A stretch of DNA of 64,000 bases from Proteromonas lacertae. Lineage: Eukaryota. The notes below the pieces were generated by a model. It searched no databases and was not told the DNA's origin. It worked only from the letters and a program-made list of their open reading frames with translations. Both the position numbers and the translations under genes were made by a program. The stretch spans positions 62,001 through 126,000 of the forward strand of contig NGBS01000008.1 of the NCBI GenBank assembly GCA_002245135.1. Direction: 5' to 3'. Below are positions 53,501 through 64,000 of this stretch, piece by piece; position 1 is the first letter of the stretch; each line of letters opens with the position of its first letter.

Positions 53501-54486
53501 TCGGTTTAGTATCTTTAAATGTTAATTTCACATTATAATTCGGTTTTTCACTTGTTTCTTCTTCATATTCAGCAATCACTTTATCATACACTGTTACTGT
53601 TTCATCAGCTGCTTCTGTTGCATAACAGGCAAATCTAAACTCTTTATTTATATATTTCTTTTCTGTATTATCAAATTCAACTAATCCCATATTTTTTAAT
53701 ATTGGACCATATCCTTCCCATGTTATTTCTGTTGGTACTGGATCTAATTGTCTTGTTGTGTTATTTGATGATAATGATCTTCTTGATGTAGTATATTTTA
53801 TTGGATTGGATTGACTTAAATCAAATCTTTCTTTTAATACTTCATTACATTCAACTTTGGAATAAGTATCTTCACCATTACCAAATGCAGTTATACCTTT
53901 ACTAAATAACACATATTCATATCCATCACCATAACTCTGAACATCTACTGTTGTTGGAGCCATCTATTATCTCACTGATTCTACATCCACCTTCTAATTT
54001 ATAATACTTACATCTCAATATTCCGCCACTAGCTGGTAATCCACTCACTAAATCACTTAAACCACTCACTTTCCATAATTTTCCAGCTTCATCTAACTTT
54101 GTTTCTAATTTTATTGGATATACACTTTCTACAGCAGCTGTTTGACGAATAACACCAGAATTATCGCCCAATTCACGAAATACATTACTGGAACTCACTA
54201 GACCATTCTCACTTGGAAAGGTAGAATGAACAGCTCCAAATGGATTACCAACAAAACAAACATGCTCACTACAGTCAGCTCCTCCATAACTTTCACTTCC
54301 ATCAATTCCAACATTCGTGAAACACTTACAGACACTTCCTTCACACTTACCATGTCCACTACATCCATTGGGACAAACACTATCAACAAGTATAAATACA
54401 CTCATTGAAAGTATTAACAACATCATTATAACCATATTTAATCTCATTTTTAATAAAAATGAAATTTTGAGATACGATGAAACCAC
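50556..54486 (-). CDS. Secreted EGF-like/tenascin-type, mastigoneme-related (Sig1/Ocm-like) protein with an expanded repetitive centre; frame break near 53963
   Basis: Signal peptide, N-terminal CPNGCSGHGKC..GADCS, C-terminal ECSGQGICDR..C.C..G.SG.AC.R..CPNNCNGNGRC, CLCD...GYDCS..ECPSGIDP and CSGRGIC blocks; no TM. Confidence 0.7.
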
Positions 54487-54567
54487 TATATTTTCATTAA
54501 TTTTTCAAATTTTCTTTATCAATCAATTCATTTATAAACAAACACAACAAAACAAATATCAAATAAA

Positions 54568-57500
54568 TTAACTCATCTTTCTCTTCTTCTTTTGATTTTG
54601 ACTTTCAGTTGTAGTTTCTACTTCATTATTCTCAAATACTTCTATTTCACTTCGATAATTTAATAAATCTTTCATGTATAACGAATAGAATCGTATTTCC
54701 ATATTCTTGATTGTCTTTATATCTTTCATTATATTAGCTAAAGCACTCTATATATATAAAACATTGATATATATATTTAAATATACATATATTTCTTCAT
54801 TACTTTGATTATATATAAAACTCAAAGTCTATTTAATAATAACATTAACAATTTTAATAATAATAAATACATCTTTAAATGAAGAATCTATTTTGTTGAT
54901 TTGATATTTCATTCCTAAATCCATATAATATTCATTAAATTCTTCAGCATTTATCAATTCTATACTGTTCAAATATATTATCACTTCTTTCAAACTATGA
55001 TTATAAACTCCTATTGGTTTTTCATTTTTACAATTCTTACAGAATATTGGACTGAAAATACATTCATCTTTCACATCATAAACACTATAACAACTATCAC
55101 TTTCATCTTCTTCATCACTATAAAATGGAATATAAGGATCAGATATATTTGGGCATTTATTTACTTCTAAACTACTGAATAATTCAACTGGAAATAATTC
55201 ACTTGGATATTTTATTACAAATAATTTTTGTTTTTTACGTTTCTTTAGAAATGTCGTAAATAGTTGAATTATGTAATGATTATTACAAGAATTATTTTCT
55301 TCGATTTCTTCGATCTTACTATCTTCACTTCTTATTTCGATTGATTTATGACAATTCACACATTTGAAGGGATAGAGATTGGAAATTATTTCTTCTTTCA
55401 TTGGAGAAGTTGATAAAGAATTACATATTGGAGATTCTATTACAGATGATTCTCGTTTTCTTTTCAATGGAGTATCTGTAGATGGAGTTAGAGATGATGA
55501 AGATAAAGATAAAGATAAAGATAATGATGATTTATCTTTTAACATTTCATTTTCGATTTTCTCTTTTTCAACTTTCTTCATTTCTTCTATCTCTTTTATT
55601 ACTTCGAAGTAAAATTTATCTAATTCATTCAAAACTCCATCTACTTCACCATAATTCAATAAATATTTACTATACCATTTACTTAACATCTTCTCATATT
55701 GAATTTCATTATATCGCTTATCTATTAAGATTATTGAACCATAATCATATTTATGTCGAATACATCGACCAACAGCTTGATTTATTGTTCGAAAGGCATC
55801 TTGACTATACCAATCTCGAGATCCTAAACTATTTCTTTTCTTTCTCATCATATCATCTTGATATTTCAATTTCAATGATACATCATAACTTCCATAGTTT
55901 TGATAAGGAATTCCTATCGCTATTACACTTCGACAATAATTATCACTAAAATCTATTCCTTCACTCACTTTACCTCGATATACTGCAAATAAAATTGATC
56001 CACTTCGGTTCTTATTATTTCCATAAATATCACAAAGACTATCTCGATATTCATTTATCATCTTATTAAAACTTTTTCCACCATTTTTACTCTCAAAGAA
56101 AATGGTTTTGATTTTATCAATCTCATTATATAGTTTTGTGTTTTCCCAACGAACTTTCATTTCGTCTAAAGATTTGTAAGATGGAACAAAACATAATACA
56201 CCTTCAGGAATATGATTTATTAGTTTTAAAATTGTATTTCCTATTGCATCGATATATCCAAAACTATGAATATTTTCTTTTGTTCCTAATAATGGCATAT
56301 TTTTATAACTACTGATTGATAAAACTCGCAATTGTTTACTAGTATTTATTACATGTTGAGATTCTAAGGTTATTCCGAAATTACAATCTAATTCACTTTT
56401 AAATGTTGATAAAGGAGCTAATGTTCCTGATGCTAAGATTATACTATAGCATTTACTACTCAAATCATTAAATAATACACAAGGATCCATACACAATATT
56501 TGAAATGATAATTCAATTCTTTTATTTATCAAACTATATTTATTATCAACTACTAATCTAAAACAATTTGTATATTCAAGCTTATATAAATATTCGAATA
56601 TAGAGGTTATTTTTTCAAGAAAATAAACAGATTCTTTACCTATCATATTATATGCCAATTCTTCTTTACTTGGAATTTTAGATTTATTATTTCCTCCTAT
56701 TTCATTTTCAGGAGTAATACTCGACAATGTATCACAAATTGAATAGTAATTACTACCATTGATTTTACATCTATCTTCAAACATTTGCAATATTTCATTT
56801 CCACTTAAAATCACGTTCCCTTTACTAATTGATTCATTACATATCCATTCACTAAGACTGTTTATGAAATTATATAAAACTTGATATTCATTCATAGGAA
56901 ATTCTTCATTCGCATTTTTACTGATTGAAGATATGAAATTTTCTTTCATTGTTAATAAATCTTTATACAGAAATTCGCATGATAAACAATCTCGACAATT
57001 GGAACAGATATTGTGAGCTTCATCAAAGATTATTATACTATTCTATTAACATATTATATATTCATTATTATTTATACTTCTATATTCACTGTTCCTTTTC
57101 TAATTATTGGATCTATTACATAGTTATATGGACAAAATATTATTTCAGCATCAGAAGTCAGGTCTTTAGCAGTATTAAATAGTATTAAAGAAATTATTAT
57201 CATTTATTAACATAATTAAAAAAGATATAAATATGGACATTCTTTACATTCTTTTCCTATTTTTACTAAGTCTTCTATATCAAATCCACGATAATATTCA
57301 TTAGATAATTTCTCATAGATCTGTTTATTTTTACGATTGTATTCACAACCACCTATATAAATATATATATATTCATTAAACTTAGGATTATACCATATTT
57401 TAAAAGATCTTTACAAAATTCATTTTTATCTACATTCTTCGCTTTTGGATTAATGCATGATTGTTCTCGAGATGATAATACTGTCATTTTTACTTGGCAT

Positions 57501-58024
57501 GAATAAGGAGTACGTTTAAATTCTTTAATTACTTGTTTTATTTGAGAATGTGTTCGTGTTAAATAGAATATTTGACATTTGAATTTCTTTACAGTATGTG
57601 GATTTTCTGGTAATAAGGTTTCATCCACTATTTCATACTTCATTGGTTGTGGTATTTTATTTGCTGTGAGAAGAGGACTTTCAAAATCATCATCAGAATT
57701 ACCATTATTTGTATGATCTGGTGTTTTAGGTTCTGTCGGAGAGGATTGATCTTTTTGAGCAGGGGCTATTACACTTATAGGCGAAATATCTTTCTTTTCT
57801 TTCAATTCTTTATCTATCTCTTTCAAATTGTTCTCACGGGTTTCTACATACCAAGATAAAACAGAACTAAGTATTGATAATGTTTTACCTGTTCCAGTTG
57901 GTGATTCTATCAAAGCATGTTCTTTTCTTTTAAGTGCTGTTATAATTTTATTCATGACAGCTATCTGAGCTGGAAATGGTTTAATATTTCTAGGAAACTC
58001 GATTGTATATCCATTTATCTTCAT
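54568..58024 (-). CDS. FANCJ/RTEL1-like Fe-S DNA helicase, copy B (intact, ends QKKKRKMS)
   Basis: Same helicase motifs as copy A. The two 3' introns splice in frame to a C-terminal tail with an NLS-like KKKRK. Confidence 0.88.
57172..57228 (-). other. Putative U12-type intron (AT-AC, or AT-AA ending at 57175) in helicase copy B
   Basis: 5' ATATCTTTT, branch TTCTTTAAT. Removal restores CPYF(T)AKDLTSDAEIIFCPYNY. Confidence 0.8.
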
Positions 58025-58141
58025 GTTGTGCTTAATGATAATTTCCCTCCAAAAATTATAAATCAAAATATAACAACACAAACAACAAACTAACAACATC
58101 AAGTACATATTACGATTAAATTTAAATTAGATGAAGAAAAA

Positions 58142-59358
58142 TTAATCACCTAACCATTCATGATTAAGAATATCACTGGAATCTATTCTTCTTTCAAATG
58201 GTCTTACTACTAACATCTTACTTAACAGATCTTTAACACTATCAGACAAAAATGTATGTATTCTATCTTCACTAAACAACAAATCAAATCTATTACTCAC
58301 TAACAATTGAAAATTTGGGTCAATGTCTATTGGATATTGATACAACACTTTACCAGTTAATAACATATACAAAATAATACCACAGGACCAAATATCAGCT
58401 TTAATTCCATCAAAATCTTGTAGAGCATATATTTCAGGTGCAACATAATACTTCTTACCAGATATACACATATCACATATATTTATCCCTTCATACCTCT
58501 TACATAATCCAAAATCAATAATTGTCACATTTTTGTTGTTATCTATGAGTATATTCTCTAGTGACAAATCTAAATGGCATATATTCTTAATGCTATGAAG
58601 AAAATTAACACCAATCACTATTTGTTTAAATATTACTTTCGCAATTACTTCATCATATTTTCTATGTGGATTTATCATAGGGTTTGTCAAAGCTTGATAT
58701 AATTCAGTACCATTCCAATCAGTTATTACATACATATTATCATCATCCAATAGGATATCAATTAATTTGGATATATGATTCATAGAAGGATCTAGAATAT
58801 CTAAACTTGGGCAAGATAGTAAAGGATCATTATTTAAATATTGTAAAGTTAAAATATTCATTATTTCATCTTCCTGATGGAGTAATGGATGTTGTTGAGT
58901 TGTTTTGTTGATTATATCATTCACAACTGTTCTTTTGATTGAAACTAAATAATTTGTTCTAATGTATTGATTATATGAGTTTCGTTGGATGACTATTCCA
59001 CATAATACTTCTCCGTATATACACTATTAGAAAAATTATATCAAAAACAAAATATACTGAACTAACTCTTCTGAATAATTCATAAATAGATCCAGTTTGT
59101 GATATCAAACATAGTGACTCTCCAATACCATCAATATAAATATTTGAAATCTGAAAACTGTGAGATAATATTCCATATTCATTCCCATTTGCTCTTAATT
59201 GATGTGTAATTATCAATTTTCTATATTGAATCTATTCAATAAACAGATAAATATACAATCCTTTGATCCAATATCCTATTCTTGCAAATATCACTGCATA
59301 TGATGAAATTATCTCTGTTATAACTACTCATTATAAAAATCTACCATTCTTTTGTCAT
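58142..59358 (-). CDS. CAMK-like Ser/Thr protein kinase
   Basis: IYGEV..VSIKR, CHLDLSLENIL, IDFGL, GKKYYVAPE and DIWSCGIILY. 5' exons and start are approximate. Confidence 0.88.
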
Positions 59359-59474
59359 TCAAAATTCAAAATGTATTTACATGTATTCTGACATTGACCA
59401 AGAATGTCAATTACATTAAAAAAAACGGTTATCGTTAAGATAATTTTATAAATTCATTTTTCTCTCTTGTCACA

Positions 59475-60172
59475 ATGCAGAACCAAGAATCAATATACCA
59501 ATGGATACCTAAGACTGTAGAAAAGCCAGTTAAGGAGAAATTGTTTCACTCACACCACAATCCAAATATAGCTCCAACAGGATCAACTTTATGGTATTTA
59601 TTTCATTAGTTTAATCAATTTATAGCACACATGGTACTACTAGACTTCCAGGAGCTGCTCTAGGCGATGAATTACATCAAGTAACGGTTCCAAGACATGT
59701 CCGACCAAAAGTACCAACACATAAAGAAATATCTGTCTGTGGGTTAAAAACTAATAAAAATTTCATCACCTCCAATGCTGTAGAAGTAATATTATCAAAA
59801 CCAAAGTCTTCACCACCACAAAAAGACTTTTTGAGAAAGAAAGATTATGGCAAAAAACCAGCATATTTAAATAAGGTACAAAACGAAATAGCTGAAGAAA
59901 CTAGAATAATAGAAGCAATGATGGCTCCAGAACCAACAGAAGAAGAAATTTTAGCTAGCAATGAATTAGACTCACTAGAAAGAGAAGAATTATTACGACA
60001 ATTAAAACAGAAATGGGATGATTTGAATCATCAATATCAACGAATTTCACATAACACAATGATTGATACTTTATTCAAACAACGTAGAAAGGAAGGATTA
60101 GAAAAGGAATTAGCACAAGTTGAAAGTGATATACAATTATTATCTGAAAAACGTCCTATTGTTATTGCATAA
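59475..60172 (+). CDS. ENKUR: Enkurin (ciliary protein)
   Basis: ESIYQWIPK, KNFITSNAVEVI, KKDYGKKPAYL, LKQKWDDLNHQYQ and RKEGLEKELAQVESDI; intron at 59594-59625. Confidence 0.88.
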
Positions 60173-60289
60173 GAAATAAAAGAATACATATATTTAACTA
60201 CTTATTATTGTATAATGTTGTTTTTTATATTATTTTAAAAGATAAATATCAACAATAGATAAAAAGATAAAAGATATACTATGTATAGT

Positions 60290-60712
60290 TTATATATTAT
60301 CTAAATTATTCTTACCATCTTCATCTAGCTTTTGTGATGTTGTTTGAATATCACTTTGTATTTGTGTTTTTAATTCATTAATGTTTTCGAACTTCTTTTC
60401 ATCTCTAATAAATCCTAGCAGAGTTAGTTGAATCTCTTCACCATAAAAATCTTCGTCAAACTGTTCTAATAAATGACATTCTACAATTTTCTCTGAATTC
60501 ACACCAAAAGATGGATTCCAACCTATATTTGTAACAGATTTATATGTTTTATTTCTCAAAATTGCCCAACCATAATAAACTCCACAAGTTAAATCTTTAA
60601 TAACTTCTTTTGTTTCTGCAGTTGATAGATTCGCTGTAGGACAACCTAACAATTTACCCCCTCTTTTAAAACCATGCTCAACATGTCCAATTGTCTTTAT
60701 TGGGAATTTCAT
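60290..60712 (-). CDS. RFK: Riboflavin kinase
   Basis: GHVEHGFKRGGKLLGCPTANL, GVYYGWA, NIGWNPSF, DFYGE and GFIRDEKKF. Confidence 0.95.
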   Translation of the reverse strand: MKFPIKTIGHVEHGFKRGGKLLGCPTANLSTAETKEVIKDLTCGVYYGWAILRNKTYKSVTNIGWNPSFGVNSEKIVECHLLEQFDEDFYGEEIQLTLLGFIRDEKKFENINELKTQIQSDIQTTSQKLDEDGKNNLDNI

Positions 60713-60748
60713 TTCAATTTATTTTGATCAAACTTATCATCAAGCCGA

Positions 60749-61349
60749 ATGACTGAAATTTTATATTGTGGAATTTGTGGACTACCTCCAGAGTATTGTG
60801 AGTTTGGACCTGATTTTAATAAATGTAAGCCATGGATTGCAGCAAACTGTCCTGAAATATACCCTGATCTAAAATTAGATGAAGTAACAGAACAATTGGC
60901 GGATAGTAATATTGAAGCTGAGCCAGCACCAGGTATTGTGACAATATTTTAATATTCTAAAATAGCAACTGCAAAGAAGGGTAAATCAAAAGAAGTTCTA
61001 CCAGAAGTTGTCGTATGTTCAGAACAAAGAGCTAAACGTAAATTTGTTACATCAATATATGGACTACAATTTTTCGGTATAAAATTCAAAGAATCACATT
61101 TTATAGACATTAAATTAAAAGATGCTGCTAAATTCTTTTCAAAAAAATGTTCAAGTGGTTGCACAGTATCAGAAGATGCATCTATGAAAAAGTATTTACA
61201 AATTCAAGGTGATTTAGTTGATGATTGTGTTGAATATATAAAGAAAGAATATAAAGTATGTATTATATTTTATATTGTAATAAAAATAGATTGCAGATGA
61301 TAAAATATTTACTCTTGATGAAAAGAAAAAGAAGATTCCTTATAATTAA
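60749..61349 (+). CDS. DENR: Density-regulated protein / TMA22 (SUI1 domain)
   Basis: YCGICGLPPEYCEFG, RAKRKFVTSIYGL, KFFSKKCSSGCTV and IQGDL; three short introns. Confidence 0.92.
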
Positions 61350-61494
61350 TTTGTTTCTTTAATATATTGAGAATATTTGTATATTTTGATGATTTTGAGA
61401 AATTGTATGTTTTATTTATATTCTCATTCTATTAATGGGAGAGAAAAAGAGATTTTTGATCAAAAACATAACGGCTAGTGATTTGTTGTTTTTC

Positions 61495-61980
61495 ATGTAT
61501 CCTCATGAGGATGGGACAATTCTTGATAGCAATCAGGAAATATTTAATCTAAAATACAGAATATATTATCTAGAAGATGAGCTAAAATCGCTAACACAAA
61601 ATCCGTATTTACTTGTTTTTCATATTATTAGAGGGATGCCAAATAAAGATATGGTAGATCAGATAGTTGAATTAAGAGCTAAAGTTGATCAACAAGAAGA
61701 AGAACTACAAAGTCGTAATACTCTGCTACTGAAAGCTAGAAATGCTATAGAAAATCTACAAGTATATTAAACATATTTAATTTTAATATATCAGACTGAA
61801 TTGGAATTTGTAAAAGCAGATAGTCAATCACTCACAAATGACAAAGATGGATTAGTTAATTCATTAAATGCACTTCAAAAATCATTGAAGACTACACAAT
61901 CAGAGAATAATAGTTTGTACGAACAAATTGATTTATTACAGAAGACATATAATGATTATGTGCAAAAGTATTATTTTAAT

Positions 61981-62011
<31 letters not shown>

Positions 62012-63999
62012 GTTGTTCTGATTTAGTGAATCGTAATCAAGTATTAGAAAAAGAAAATATGACTTTAGCAAATTCATTTTCAGCCTATCAAACAAGGATC
62101 AAAGATTTACAAAATCAAATTGATAAAATGAATATAGATCATAGTGCCAAAGACAGGGAAATTGAAGAGTTAAATGGTGAAATAGACAATATGAAGAAAT
62201 TACATAATGAATTGAATAAATCATACACAGACTTGTTACAAAAGAATACTTCATTATATGATGATAATCAAAGGTTAGTCTCCACAAATTCAGCTTTAAA
62301 TGTATATATATATATATAATAAATATTATTGTTTAATTAATTTATATTTTAGCAAGATAATTCTAAGTTAAATGCTGATAATGAATCATATAGAAATGCA
62401 ATAGAAGAGAAACAGCAAGAGTTGCAACAAACTCAATCAGAATTACAGCAAATAAAAACAGAGAAAGAAATATTAGAAAATGAATGTCAAAATGCAACAA
62501 TGACTAAATCACAATTATTAGCAGAGAATCAATCATTGAATGAGAAAGCAAGAAGTCAAAATGAAGAGATATTACAGTTACAAAGAGAGAATAGTAGTTT
62601 TAAAAGAAGTGCTGTAGAAAAGGATAATAAAATTGAAGATTTGGAGAAACAGCTGTCTAATTTGAATGATAATTATTCACAATTAAACCAAAAGTATATT
62701 ATTATTATTATTATTATTATTATAGTTGTAATGAATTAAGAGAATCAAATATGGAATTAACAGATACAAAAGATAAATTAGGTTTAACAAAAGCACAACT
62801 TGAGCAGAAATCCAATCAATTAGAAGATGATAATAAAACATTAGTCAAAACAGTATCAAGCCTACAAAAAGCTGTAAATTCAAGAGAAGAACAAAATCAA
62901 CAATTACAATCAGAAGTGAATAGTTTGAAAAACAATTGTGAAAATTTAGAGAATAAAGCAAATGATCTACAAGAAAAAACGCAAACATTAGAGAGTAATA
63001 ACCAAGAACTACAGAAACAATTAGATGAATTAAAAGCAGTATTAGATAATACACAACGAGAACATTCAATATTAAAGAGAGATTTTTCAGAAAAATCAAA
63101 AATAGAACAACAACTAACAAATGATTTGAATGAATTAGAACAGCAACAAATGGAATTAGATCAACAAAATAGTAACCTAAAAGAAGAAAATGCAAATTTA
63201 TTAGAAAATAATACAAATTTGAATAATAATCTTCAACAAATAGAAGAAGAAAGAAATGGATTATTATATGATAAACAACAGTTAGTTAAAACAGTTGGAG
63301 AATTACAAAATCAATTACAACAACAAATGAGAATATGTAAAGAACAACAAGCCAATTTAGAAGCATTAGCAAAAGAAAAATCAATGATGAATTCCAGTAT
63401 TATTGATCAAGTGAAAAAGACTCAAAAACTATTACAAAGAAGTGAATCTACAGTAAAAGAAGAGAAAATTAGGCAGAAAGAAACACAAAGGGCTATTTCT
63501 CTATTAACACCAGTATATATATATATATATTGATTGATTTATTATTGTTATTAGAAACAAAGTCCTCCTGGTGCTCAAAGATCTCCATCCACTCCAAGAA
63601 ATACATCTTCCTTAGAAAAAGAAGTAAAAGCAGTTGAAGAATTATTATCAAAATTAGAAACAATAGTTGGACAAACTAGTGATATGATTATGCAGTATTT
63701 AATTATTATTATTATTTTGATATAGAGTGAAAACATTGACAAATTATGAAGACAGTGAAGCATTTGCCAATATAAAGAACCAATTAACTAATTTATCACA
63801 AAATAATTACAATTTAGCAATTGAAATGCAAACAGCTTTGTTAGATTTAGAATCGGTGATGAGAAAATTGAAGAATAACAATGGAGATTTCCCAAGTGCA
63901 GGTTCAGATGGCAATATGGATTCACCTGTTAAAACTCCTTTAGCTAGAAGAAAATCAGTAATAGTGAATAATAGAAGAAGTAGTATGATGAGTCAGTAA
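61495..63999 (+). CDS. Long coiled-coil protein with N-terminal centrosomin motif 1 (CM1/gamma-TuNA)-like sequence
   Basis: LDSNQEIFNLKYRIYYLEDEL resembles CM1 (ENFxLKLRIYFLEE), followed by heptad-rich exons. The 3' end may extend past the window. Confidence 0.65.
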
Positions 64000-64000
64000 T

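Larger units (their letters stand above)
54505..58191. repeat. Segmental duplication copy B (direct repeat of 46745-50426)
   Basis: See copy A. The central ~1.7 kb is nearly identical. Confidence 0.9.

Noticed and set aside
58025..58108. Hydrophobic N-terminal extension of helicase copy B
   Set aside because: It translates the GU-rich 3' flank of the kinase gene. Copy A starts at the equivalent MKING.
46745..58191. Composite transposon or Helitron-like element
   Set aside because: The helicases are Fe-S SF2 (FANCJ/RTEL1-like) with introns, not Rep-Pif1. No transposase, terminal inverted repeats or target-site duplication was seen.
1..64000. Alternative genetic code or stop-codon readthrough to explain fragmented ORFs
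   Set aside because: Nearly all breaks resolve with short GT-AG introns, and TAA, TAG and TGA all occur at conserved C-termini.

Overview
Very AT-rich, gene-dense eukaryotic nuclear DNA with about 25 protein-coding genes. Most are split by tiny (~26-48 nt) GT-AG introns, so the ORF track fragments them. A mastigoneme-type EGF protein, IFT46, enkurin, an HxDLSLEN kinase, Ig-like/PA14 surface protein, tiny introns and GU-rich 3' elements suggest a stramenopile protist, plausibly Blastocystis/Proteromonas-like (inference only). Recognisable genes include TOR, IFT46, GPR89, PLPBP, RRP46, two FANCJ/RTEL1-like helicases, enkurin, RFK, DENR and a CM1 centrosomal protein. Main findings: (1) a manually spliced 12-exon, ~1133-aa gene fusing a signal peptide, a ~500-aa ectodomain with TSP3-like Ca-binding repeats and an extra TM to a complete 6-TM TVGYGD K+ channel; (2) three U12-type (minor spliceosome) introns with AT-AA/AT-AC ends and an identical TTCTTTAAT branch motif; (3) a helicase duplication flanking the mastigoneme-like gene, with a near-identical 1.7-kb tract and reciprocal E2F-site versus C-tail/NLS decay; (4) candidate structured ncRNAs; (5) unexplained frameshifts in large genes. 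No rRNA, tRNA, CRISPR array or autonomous mobile element was recognised.
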